Of a stretch of 64,000 nucleotides of DNA, positions 17,792 through 26,239 are shown one piece after another. Each line of letters starts with the position of its first letter. Within the stretch, counting starts at the first letter, position 1. Position numbers and translations under genes: made by a program. This DNA is from Bdellovibrionaceae bacterium UBA2339 (GTDB lineage Bacteria; Bdellovibrionota; Bdellovibrionia; Bdellovibrionales; JAMPXM01): NCBI GenBank assembly GCA_002344785.1, contig DDUL01000047.1, positions 2,247-66,246 of the forward strand, in the 5' to 3' direction. The notes under the pieces were generated by a model. It was not told the origin of the DNA. It ran no database searches and worked only from the letters and a program-made list of their open reading frames with translations.

Positions 17792-18505
17792 ATGAAACGT
17801 CTGATTCAAAATCTACTCGTTCTGATCATTGGTCTTTACTCGCAGGAGGCATGGTCCTGCCGATGCGCTCCCACGGTTTGGGATCAGCTCTCAAAAGATC
17901 CCACCCAAGCGGGGATCATCACGCTGCTCAAAGTTCCGAAATCAATCGAGCCAGAGAGCGGCCCACCGAAGAAGCCTGAAGCTTTCACGCCGCGCCAGTT
18001 GAAACTTGAACTGAAGCCTTACAAGCGAGGCGCGCCTCAAGTTTGGAATGAAACTGGTAGCTCGTGCGATCTGCGATGGAATGAGGACGTGTGGTACGTG
18101 CTCGTGAGTCAATCGACAGCTGAGCATCAGCCGATGCTTTGCAACTCGTGGGTTCGTCCCGTCGAAGAGGCCACAGAACTGCTCGCAAAGCTTGAAAAGG
18201 CTTGGGATAAAAGTCAAACCCAGGCGAATCCGCATTGGTCTGTGGGGTGCAAAAAGCATTCGGATTGTGTGGTTGACGAAAGTCGCGGCTGTTTGCCGAG
18301 CACGGCGATCTTGCCTCGGCATAGAGCCGCCATCACCAAGTGGCGCAAAGAACAGGAGCCGCGTCTTAACTGCGAGTCGGCTCCTGGGCCAGGTGCCGTA
18401 TCGGGCGCAAGTGCCGCCGGTAAATCAAGTCCGGCGAAGTCGGCCAAGCCTCCGAGTTTGAGCGCGCGTTGTCATACAGGAGTTTGTGAACTCGAGTATC
18501 GTTAG
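17792..18505 (+). CDS. Secreted 10-Cys protein, TIMP/NTR-like N-terminus (paralog 3)
   Basis: The signal peptide MKRLIQNLLVLIIGLYSQEAWS is followed by CRCAPTVW. Family blocks: SSCDLRWNEDVWYVLVSQS, MLCNSWVRPVEEATELLAKLEKAW, NPHWSVGCKKHSDCV, RGC, W(RK)...LNC, and C-terminal RCHTGVC. Confidence 0.5.
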   Translation: MKRLIQNLLVLIIGLYSQEAWSCRCAPTVWDQLSKDPTQAGIITLLKVPKSIEPESGPPKKPEAFTPRQLKLELKPYKRGAPQVWNETGSSCDLRWNEDVWYVLVSQSTAEHQPMLCNSWVRPVEEATELLAKLEKAWDKSQTQANPHWSVGCKKHSDCVVDESRGCLPSTAILPRHRAAITKWRKEQEPRLNCESAPGPGAVSGASAAGKSSPAKSAKPPSLSARCHTGVCELEYR

Positions 18506-18759
18506 GCTTCTCAGTGCCCGAGTGAAGCGGCGGCATGGATGGCGCGTGAGGTGAGTTATTCCTGAGAGATTTCAATAGTTTTTGCTTGGATTGAGGCGAG
18601 CCTGCGGGGTTCGAAATGGGCTTCATGAGTCGAGCGGTAGGGGGTTGCAACACAAATGGCCCGATGTCCTCTCCTGGCTGAGTGAACTTGCGGTCCGAGA
18701 CACAGGCTCCTAAGTTGGTAAAATCCAAAACGTTCAATCGCTACCGAAGGTGAGGATCT

Positions 18760-19299
18760 ATGTCACAGTCTCCAACCGTTCAGCTTGATGTTTACGAACT
18801 CACAGTTCCGCAAATGATTCGCAGTCTCGAAGCACTCAAAGGAGTTTTGAAAAAGGCGCAGTCGCACTTCGCGGATCGCAAGACGGATTTTGCGGTGGTG
18901 GCCCAGCAGCGGCTGACTCCGGATATGTTTCCTCTCGGAAAGCAAATCCAAATCGCCACCGACACCGCTAAGGGTTGCGTCGCTCGACTCACGGGTCAGA
19001 AGGCGCCGGTGTTCGAGGACACAGAGACCACATACGAACAATTTGTTGATCGAATTGAGCGCACCATTAGCTATTTGAAAACGGCGCGCCCAGAGCAGTT
19101 CGCAAACTGGGATCAACAAGTGATTCGCTTTCCTTGGTATCCAGGACAACATCTCAAGGGCCGAGCTTTCCTCGTTCAACATGCACTTCCCAATTTTTAT
19201 TTTCACTGTACGACGGCTTACGCGATCCTGCGCCAACACGGTGTCCTGTTAGGTAAGGCGGACTATTTGGGTCAGCAAGATTGGATCAAAGACACATGA
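18760..19299 (+). CDS. DUF1993 domain-containing protein
   Basis: 179 aa. The pattern Y...VPQMIRSL..L..VL.KA..H, RL.PDMFPL..Q.Q.A.D.AKG...RL.G, and LPNFYFH..TAY.ILR..GV.LGK.DYLG is how I remember DUF1993. Confidence 0.7.
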   Translation: MSQSPTVQLDVYELTVPQMIRSLEALKGVLKKAQSHFADRKTDFAVVAQQRLTPDMFPLGKQIQIATDTAKGCVARLTGQKAPVFEDTETTYEQFVDRIERTISYLKTARPEQFANWDQQVIRFPWYPGQHLKGRAFLVQHALPNFYFHCTTAYAILRQHGVLLGKADYLGQQDWIKDT

Positions 19300-20765
19300 G
19301 TGGTCGCTGGCTGATGGGTTGTGTGGTGTGCGGGGGGCTGGGCGTGTTGCTCGGCTTCTCGCTGGCCTCTGAGTCACTTCGACGACAACTCGTCAGTGAG
19401 GGTGCACGCGAAGCGCTGAAGGCCGCCAAGGTCACAACGGGGTTTGCGCCGGGCTCCTTCGATCCACTGTTAGGTCATGATGCGCGGTGGACTTGGAATC
19501 CTGGCTCGCGCTTAGCTTCCGAGGAAGTCGCGATTCGCGGTCAAAACTCGCCGGGATGTACGAAGTCGCCGGGCTGGCCGAAAGTGGAAGTGCCATTGGC
19601 ACAGTATCACGCCGCCTTTGGCGGCGGACCCGGGCAAACTCCCGAGTTCGCCATTGAAGTTGATCCACGCGAAGTGTGCTTCACGCCCGGCTACGGAATT
19701 TGGGTGATCGCCCGAGCTGAGAATGGGAAAGTCGTCTACGCTCCTGACGCGATTTGGAGTCGCATCAACCGTATCGAAGTTTTGGAATCTGGCGTTCGCG
19801 TGAAGCTCATCACGCAAGTCGTCGGTACGCCGATCTATCATTGGCCCTCGCGGGCTCGTCCGCCGTTTCACCCCGGCGCGCGCGTTCTTCACCGCGCCAG
19901 TTTGTTGACTGAACTTCCTAAGATCGAATTGGTGATTGATACGCGCAGTCGGGAGGCGCAAGAGGCGTGGCCGCTTCGCGCACCTCTCGGTGCTCGGGTC
20001 GAACTGGCGACGGAGTCACAGCTTCGCCGTGAAACTTTGCATTGGCCTTATCACGCGAGTGCGGAATCGTTGGCCGATGCGAAGGCCGACTCCAGCGAGT
20101 TGCGACGAGCGAAACATGAAGAACTGGGCGATGAGTGGGAGTCGCAGATCTGGCAAGCGTGGGATCGTGAGAAAGCGATTTTGTTGATCGGACAAAATCC
20201 ATCCGACTCGCGCGTGATCCGAGCCATTGCGTGGTTGCACGAGGCCGGGTTCAAAAATCTGTTTTGGTTTTACGAAGGAGCGGACGCGTTCCATTGGCCG
20301 CAGAACGAAGTGCAGTTGATGGGCCTACCTGGACCCAACCTGTTTGCACCACTTCCGAAGGTTCAAGAGATGGTGCTGGCGAAGTCCGCCACGCTTGTGG
20401 ATTTGCGTTCGCAGCAGGAATACCAACGCCTTCGCCATCCTTTGGCGCTTCACATTCCCTATGAAGAGAATCGCCGCGATGAGTGGGGATTGATTCGCGG
20501 CTGGATGGCCATGGATGTGTTTCAGATCTTGAGATCGGGAGATCGTTGGGATCTCGACCGAGTTCCCAAAGATCGCGACATCATTTTGTTCGCGACGGAT
20601 CGTTATGACTGGCGCGCCGTGAAAGCGTTTTGGCGTCTTCGTCATCGAAGGCCTGAGCAGAGATTGGGTTTGGTCAAAGATGGCATGGCTGAGTTCGGAC
20701 TTTGGAGTCGCATGCAGCCTGGCAAGATTCAGTTAGAAGGAAGTCACGTTCATGAAATTCAATAG
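19281..20765 (+). CDS. Membrane-anchored protein with two rhodanese-homology-like regions lacking the active-site Cys
   Basis: The likely start is ATG 19296, which overlaps the upstream TGA as ATGA. There is an N-terminal TM (WLMGCVVCGGLGVLLGFSLA). The rhodanese-like strands ILLIGQNPSDSR and IILFATDRYDWRA have Gly and Ala where the catalytic Cys of the C-x5-R loop would sit. Confidence 0.45.
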   Translation: MDQRHMSGRWLMGCVVCGGLGVLLGFSLASESLRRQLVSEGAREALKAAKVTTGFAPGSFDPLLGHDARWTWNPGSRLASEEVAIRGQNSPGCTKSPGWPKVEVPLAQYHAAFGGGPGQTPEFAIEVDPREVCFTPGYGIWVIARAENGKVVYAPDAIWSRINRIEVLESGVRVKLITQVVGTPIYHWPSRARPPFHPGARVLHRASLLTELPKIELVIDTRSREAQEAWPLRAPLGARVELATESQLRRETLHWPYHASAESLADAKADSSELRRAKHEELGDEWESQIWQAWDREKAILLIGQNPSDSRVIRAIAWLHEAGFKNLFWFYEGADAFHWPQNEVQLMGLPGPNLFAPLPKVQEMVLAKSATLVDLRSQQEYQRLRHPLALHIPYEENRRDEWGLIRGWMAMDVFQILRSGDRWDLDRVPKDRDIILFATDRYDWRAVKAFWRLRHRRPEQRLGLVKDGMAEFGLWSRMQPGKIQLEGSHVHEIQ

Positions 20766-21987
20766 TCTTCATCATTACTCCGCACTGAGGCCACAAGCAG
20801 GGACTTCGTCTTTGTGGCTGGTTTTTTGGAGCATCTCTGTAGGGATGTTCTGGGGCGCTCCCAGCCACGCTCAAGTTCAAGTTCAAGCTCAAGCTCAGAC
20901 TCAGACTCTGGCGGCGACGAAGCCTACTGTGAAATCCGTCAAGCCGCCTCAGCTGAAGGTCTTGCATGAAGGTCGCGATGTGATTTGGGGCTTTGATTTT
21001 TTGAGTGAAAATGAAGTCGTGCTGACGGAGCGAAAGGGTGAGCTCAAGATTCTTCGTTTGGATGTCCCGACTTCGCAAGCTTCGCGTGTCATCCGCGTCG
21101 AGGGAGCGCCAAAAGTTTGGGCCAAAGGTCAAGGTGGCTTGTTGGATGTGCGCGTGCATCCTGAAAAGAAAAACTGGATCTATCTGACCTACTCAGCGCC
21201 TCTCGCAAAAGGCGGCGCGACGGCTCTGGGCTTGGGGCGAATTGAGCGCGAGGCCAAAGGCGCTCGGCTCGTGGAGTGGCGCGAGCTGTTTCGTTCGGAT
21301 GCGGGCGGGACAAGCGGTGTGCACTTTGGATCGCGCATTGAGTTTCGGCGCGAGGCCAATGCCTGGTGGCTCTACATGAGCATCGGCGATCGCGATGAAC
21401 GTGACCTCGCTCAGTCTCTCAAAGCTCATAATGGTAAAATTCTTCGCCTCAATCTCGAAGGACGAGCAGGCTCAGACAATCCGTTTGCCGGTCAGGCCCA
21501 AGCTCATGCTGAAATTTGGTCGCTCGGACATCGATCGCCGCAGGGCTTGGCGCGAAATCCGACGACGGATGAATTGTGGATGGCGGAGATGGGGCCGCGA
21601 GGCGGTGACGAGCTGAACCTTGTGAAGCGTGGTGCGAACTACGGCTGGCCGAAGCTCACCTACGGTCGCGAGTATTGGGGTCCCTCAATTGGTGAAGGTG
21701 CAACCCAAGCCGGTTTTGAATCTCCCGTCGCGCATTGGGTGCCGTCGATCTCGCCATCGGGAATGGCATGGGTCAGCTCGGACAAAATCCCGGCTTGGAA
21801 GGGAAGTCTGTTGATGGGCACATTGAGCGGCACACATGTGCGGCGACTTGTGCTCAAGGGCGCGCAGGTGAGCCAACAAGAAGTGTTGTTCGCCGATCAG
21901 GGCCAGAGGTTTCGAGCGCTTCGCGAAGGTCCCGATGGCTGGATGTATTTTGCGACAGACGCTGGCCTTCTCGGCCGCATTGAATGA
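20752..21987 (+). CDS. PQQ-dependent sugar dehydrogenase (soluble aldose sugar dehydrogenase / sorbosone dehydrogenase family)
   Basis: 411 aa with a signal peptide. Family blocks: GGLLDVRVHP, HFGSRIEF, GDRDE, NPFAG...EIWSLGHRSPQGLA, ELWMAEMGPRGGDELNLVKRGANYGWP. Confidence 0.8.
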   Translation: MKFNSLHHYSALRPQAGTSSLWLVFWSISVGMFWGAPSHAQVQVQAQAQTQTLAATKPTVKSVKPPQLKVLHEGRDVIWGFDFLSENEVVLTERKGELKILRLDVPTSQASRVIRVEGAPKVWAKGQGGLLDVRVHPEKKNWIYLTYSAPLAKGGATALGLGRIEREAKGARLVEWRELFRSDAGGTSGVHFGSRIEFRREANAWWLYMSIGDRDERDLAQSLKAHNGKILRLNLEGRAGSDNPFAGQAQAHAEIWSLGHRSPQGLARNPTTDELWMAEMGPRGGDELNLVKRGANYGWPKLTYGREYWGPSIGEGATQAGFESPVAHWVPSISPSGMAWVSSDKIPAWKGSLLMGTLSGTHVRRLVLKGAQVSQQEVLFADQGQRFRALREGPDGWMYFATDAGLLGRIE

Positions 21988-22096
21988 TCGAGCCGATCAT
22001 CTCGACTGTAAATTGTCCAAACTGGTCCTGAAGAGACTTCGGTGAATGTGCCGAAGCTCGAAGCACCCCCCATGACTCTGCTAGGTCTGTCTTCGA

Positions 22097-23665
22097 ATGC
22101 GGGAGGTGGGCGTGCGGGGGCAGGTCAATCAAATCGAAGCGCGGCCAGCATGCTGGCCAGAGATCTTTGAGAAAGTGGGCGAGGCCACGGCTTCGTTCGA
22201 GCGTCTTCGCGAGCCGAATCTTCGTCGCCCGATCTTGAGCCGACTTTTACTTCTCTTGCCGTTTCTACTTTTGAGTGGAGCCGCACAGGCGACTCAGGCA
22301 CAGGTGCCCGAAGTTCGCGAAGCTGTTGTTGTCGGCGGCGGCTTGGCGGGTCTATCGGCGACTCGCGATCTGATTCGGGCGGGCGTCGATGCGATCATCT
22401 TTGAAGGCCAGGATCGATTTGGTGGTCGGGTCATGACTGTCGATGATCCTTTCGGCCTAGGCCTGCGCATTAATGCCGGTGCGGAGTTGGTCGACTCGAC
22501 ACACACGGAGATCCGCGCATTGGCTCGTGAGCTGAATGTGATGATCGTCGATCGTCCCGTGGCCAGTATTGAAAATCGCGTTGAGCAAAATGGTCGTTGG
22601 GTCAGTGAGTCGGACTACTTGCGAGCCGTCTCGACCCAAGATGCTCGCGCGCTCTCGGCTCTGGCCAAGTGGAGTGCAACTGAAGACGTGAGTTTGGCTC
22701 ACAAGCTTCGATCCGTTGGCGCTAGCGCGATGTTGCAGGAGTATGTGGCGCGAGCCGTGGAGAGCGAGTGGGGGAGATCGACTGAGCAACTGAATCGGCA
22801 GGTCTTCTTTGATACTTTTGGCGTAACGGCGGAGCCAAGCACGCGGGGGCCGCCGACTTGGCGAATTGAGCTGCTGCCCCACAATGACGAGAAGTCATTT
22901 TTTGCTCGTGGCTCGGAGTCACTGGTCGAAGCCCTGGTGCAGAAGATTCCTGAATCAAGTCGTGCACTCGGGTGGAAACTTAAGAGTCTCGAAGAAAGAC
23001 TTTTGTCTGCGACGGCAAATTCGGCAAGTCGCAATCAACGCACAAGATACCGACTCACCTTGCAAAATGATCGCGGGGAAACTCGCGTCGTTGAAACAGG
23101 CAAAGTTATTCTTGCGATGCCAGAGGCCTCGCTTCGAGAAGTTGCCTTCAAAGTTCCCGGGCTTCCACAAGATGTTTCGCGATCCAACTCGCAGTGGGCA
23201 CGAAACTCGAAAATTGTATTGTACTTTAAGGCGCGCGACTGGGCGCCCTTTGCTGGACTTGCTCGAGATCCTCGCGGTGGACTTGCCTACCAGATGTGGG
23301 ACTCCAGTCTCGACGCGCGAGGCCCTGGCGCGGCGATCACCTTGTACACGGGTCGGCTGGCGAATCGTGCGCAAGTTGAATCTGCCGTTCAGCATGCGTT
23401 GAACTTGCTTCGCTCTCGGGGCGAAGGGGCGCACTACGTCGGCTATGCCACGCATGAGTGGGAGAGATCCTATCCCGGTGCTGATCGTCCTGGGCCGAAG
23501 CGCGAAGCCTCACGTGTCCAACGGCATGGCGAGATTTATTTCGCGGGCGATGCGTGGAGTGAGTCCCACAAGGGCTATATGAATGGCGCGGTTGAGGCCG
23601 GTCGGGCTCGCGCATTGGAGATCTTGTTGACCTCGGGCCGCCAGTGCGCGGTGATGTTTCGCTGA
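22097..23665 (+). CDS. FAD-dependent amine oxidase-like oxidoreductase, exported
   Basis: It has the dinucleotide-binding fingerprint VVVGGGLAGLSATRDLIRAGVDAIIFEGQDRFGGRV and a C-terminal FAGDAWS...GYMNGAVEAG typical of flavin amine oxidases. A hydrophobic signal-like segment (LLLLLPFLLLSGAAQA) precedes it. The start codon is uncertain. Confidence 0.7.
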   Translation: MREVGVRGQVNQIEARPACWPEIFEKVGEATASFERLREPNLRRPILSRLLLLLPFLLLSGAAQATQAQVPEVREAVVVGGGLAGLSATRDLIRAGVDAIIFEGQDRFGGRVMTVDDPFGLGLRINAGAELVDSTHTEIRALARELNVMIVDRPVASIENRVEQNGRWVSESDYLRAVSTQDARALSALAKWSATEDVSLAHKLRSVGASAMLQEYVARAVESEWGRSTEQLNRQVFFDTFGVTAEPSTRGPPTWRIELLPHNDEKSFFARGSESLVEALVQKIPESSRALGWKLKSLEERLLSATANSASRNQRTRYRLTLQNDRGETRVVETGKVILAMPEASLREVAFKVPGLPQDVSRSNSQWARNSKIVLYFKARDWAPFAGLARDPRGGLAYQMWDSSLDARGPGAAITLYTGRLANRAQVESAVQHALNLLRSRGEGAHYVGYATHEWERSYPGADRPGPKREASRVQRHGEIYFAGDAWSESHKGYMNGAVEAGRARALEILLTSGRQCAVMFR

Positions 23666-23736
23666 CATTCTTTAGACAGCGAAGTGGCCAACGTGGCCGA
23701 GGTGATCTGATGCGCAATCCTGCTGACTCATCGACT

Positions 23737-24783
23737 ATGAATTCAGGTGTTCAAGCTCGCGCCTACGCGGCGTTTGATACGACCTCACCGCTAAAGCCCT
23801 TCGCATTCCAGCGCCGCTCACCTGAAAAGACGGATGTGCAAATCAAAATTTTGTTTTGTGGCATTTGTCATTCCGATCTCCATTGGGTGAAGGGAGACTG
23901 GGGGCCGCAGACTTATCCCGTGGTGCCTGGCCATGAGATCGTTGGACGTGTTGAGTCGGTCGGAAGCGGAGTTCAAAAATTCAAAGTTGGCGATCTTGTC
24001 GGCGTCGGTTGTCTTGTGGATTCTTGTCGGAGTTGTGTCAACTGCCAGGAAGATGAAGAGCAGTACTGCGAGCGTGGGGGCACGTTCACCTATGGCTCGC
24101 GCGATCCTCGAGGAGGGATCACACAGGGCGGATACGCATCCCACATTGTGGTCGAGGAACGCTTCGTCCTTCGCGTTCCGGAGAAACTTTCTCCAGCCGC
24201 AGCCGCGCCCCTTCTCTGCGCCGGCATCACCACATACTCCCCGCTGAAGCATTGGAACACAGGACCAGGCACACAGGTGGCCGTCGCGGGCTTAGGTGGT
24301 TTGGGTCATATGGCGGTCAAGATTGCTCGTGCCATGGGCGCGCATGTGACCGTGCTTTCGACATCGACAAAGAAGCAAAAGGACGCCGAACGCCTCGGTG
24401 CGCACGACTTCATCGCCCTTTCGAGTGAACGGGACTTTGCCCAAGCGGCGAAGAAGTTTGATCTCATCATCAACACCATTTCGGCTTCGCATAGCTATGA
24501 TGCATATCTGAGCCTGTTGAAGAAGAATGGCACGATGGTGCTGGTGGGACTTCCCGGCCCTCAGCCTGTGCAAGCCTTTAGCTTGGTTGGTGGACGTCGT
24601 CGTTTGGCGGGATCCCTCATTGGTGGACTTCGTGAAACTCAAGAGATGCTGGACTTCTGTAGTCAGCATGGCATCGCCGCGGAAGTTGAAACCGTAAAGC
24701 CTGAGCAGATCAATTCGGCCTATGAACGACTGTTGAAGAACGATGTTCAATATCGATTTGTCATCGACCTTCAGGAAATTTGA
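23737..24783 (+). CDS. Zinc-dependent NAD(P)-alcohol dehydrogenase (cinnamyl-alcohol dehydrogenase / YahK-like subfamily)
   Basis: Motifs GICHSDLH, PVVPGHEIVG, the structural-zinc Cys cluster C-x2-C-x2-C-x7-C (CRSCVNCQEDEEQYC) and the GLGGLGH Rossmann motif. The track ORF starts at 23644. I prefer ATG 23737 (MNSGVQARAY...) by comparison with the usual N-terminus. Confidence 0.85.
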   Translation: MNSGVQARAYAAFDTTSPLKPFAFQRRSPEKTDVQIKILFCGICHSDLHWVKGDWGPQTYPVVPGHEIVGRVESVGSGVQKFKVGDLVGVGCLVDSCRSCVNCQEDEEQYCERGGTFTYGSRDPRGGITQGGYASHIVVEERFVLRVPEKLSPAAAAPLLCAGITTYSPLKHWNTGPGTQVAVAGLGGLGHMAVKIARAMGAHVTVLSTSTKKQKDAERLGAHDFIALSSERDFAQAAKKFDLIINTISASHSYDAYLSLLKKNGTMVLVGLPGPQPVQAFSLVGGRRRLAGSLIGGLRETQEMLDFCSQHGIAAEVETVKPEQINSAYERLLKNDVQYRFVIDLQEI

Positions 24784-26239
24784 GAACAGCGCGGCAGCCG
24801 TTGGGATGCTTGGCGTGAAGTTCAAAGCTTCCGCCGTGAAGCTGCATGATCTCGTGGACAAAGCTGAGACCAAGGCCCGAACTTTTCTTTCCGGTTCGCG
24901 GCCGTTCCGTTGAGAAAAATCGCTCGGTGGCGCGTTCGCGAGCAAAGTCGGGAATTCCCACTCCGTCATCCTCCACTTCGATTCGCGTTTGCCCGTCACT
25001 CTGGAGCACGCGAATTCCGATTACGAGAGATTGATCGCGCGCGAAGTCGATGGCATTTTGAACGAGATTCGCCAGCGCACGCCACACCAAGAAGCGTTCG
25101 CCATACATACTGAGAGATTCATCCACTTCAATTTTGATCTGACTTTGGGCGCGCGCACGGATCTGGGATTGAAACGACTCCAGCACTTCGTCGACGAGAA
25201 GACTCACGCTGAAGCGCTCGCCATTGAGTCGGCCTTCACGGGCCTCAAGTGAAGCCAATTCCAACAATCGATCCGCCAAATCTCGCAGGCGCTTGGCATC
25301 TCCTTCGATATTCTGCAAGAGCTGCTGCCGATTCTCTGGCGTCAGCTGATTGGCACTGAGAAGCTCCGAAGCCCCGAGAATGCCGGTCAGTGGTGATTTC
25401 ATCTCATGCGTCAGATTGTGCACGTAGTTCTCAATGTACTGTTTGGCATCGAGCCGCCGGCGCAGTGACTCGATCGAATCGGCCAAAAAGCCAATCTCGT
25501 CTTGTGCAAGCTGCGGCCTTTGTAGTGGGCCTGTGCGACCCAAGTTCTCGACGTGGTTCTTCAGGCGACGAACTGGACGTGAGATCCAATAAGTCGCGAA
25601 CAATGACAACGGCAAAGCGACAATCAGAAGCGTGAGAAGTAAAAGTCCGCCCAAAAGCTTTTGATTTCGCTGAATCTGTGTTGCGACACTTTCAACAGGC
25701 TTGCCAATGGAGAGGACGCCTCCGATCTTGCCATTGAGCACGATGGGTGCGGCAATAAAGTGAATGGAAGTGCGAGGGTCATCTGGGTTTTCACGCGTGG
25801 CTCGTGCTCCGTAGCGACCCTTCAACGTTAAGGCGACATCGCGCCATCGGCTGAAGTCCGAACCGACGGGCTCCCGAGCTTCGGAGTCGAGTAAGAGTCG
25901 GCCTTCGGCATCGGTGATGAAAATCCTGAGACGAAGATGCGAGCTTCGGTCCACGGAGTTGCGACCTTGAAACTTGGTCGACTTCAACATCTGAAGCGAC
26001 TGCGCGAACTCGTCCACAGCGCGCCGAAGCGAGCCTTGAGTCTGCGCGCGTGCGGCCAGATCTGAGGCGAGCACTCGACTTGTGTCGATGAGTGTCAGTT
26101 CAACGGCTTCAAGAAATTGAGGTCGCAGTTCCCGATACACTCCAAGCGCCACAAGCCCGACGCTCGCAACGCTCAACACAGCGAAGCTGATCACCAATCG
26201 GGTTTGCAGTTTGAGATTACGAAGAACCGCCCGACTCAT
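24761..26239 (-). CDS. creC: Two-component sensor histidine kinase CreC
   Basis: Long blocks match E. coli CreC as I recall it: SRWRDVALTLKGRYGARATRENPDDP, APIVLNGKIGGVLSIGKP, YIENYVHNLTHEMKSPLTGI, ERFFS...KSSGLGLSFV. Confidence 0.8.
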   Translation of the reverse strand: MSRAVLRNLKLQTRLVISFAVLSVASVGLVALGVYRELRPQFLEAVELTLIDTSRVLASDLAARAQTQGSLRRAVDEFAQSLQMLKSTKFQGRNSVDRSSHLRLRIFITDAEGRLLLDSEAREPVGSDFSRWRDVALTLKGRYGARATRENPDDPRTSIHFIAAPIVLNGKIGGVLSIGKPVESVATQIQRNQKLLGGLLLLTLLIVALPLSLFATYWISRPVRRLKNHVENLGRTGPLQRPQLAQDEIGFLADSIESLRRRLDAKQYIENYVHNLTHEMKSPLTGILGASELLSANQLTPENRQQLLQNIEGDAKRLRDLADRLLELASLEAREGRLNGERFSVSLLVDEVLESFQSQIRARAQSQIKIEVDESLSMYGERFLVWRALANLVQNAIDFARDQSLVIGIRVLQSDGQTRIEVEDDGVGIPDFARERATERFFSTERPRTGKKSSGLGLSFVHEIMQLHGGSFELHAKHPNGCRAVLKFPEGR

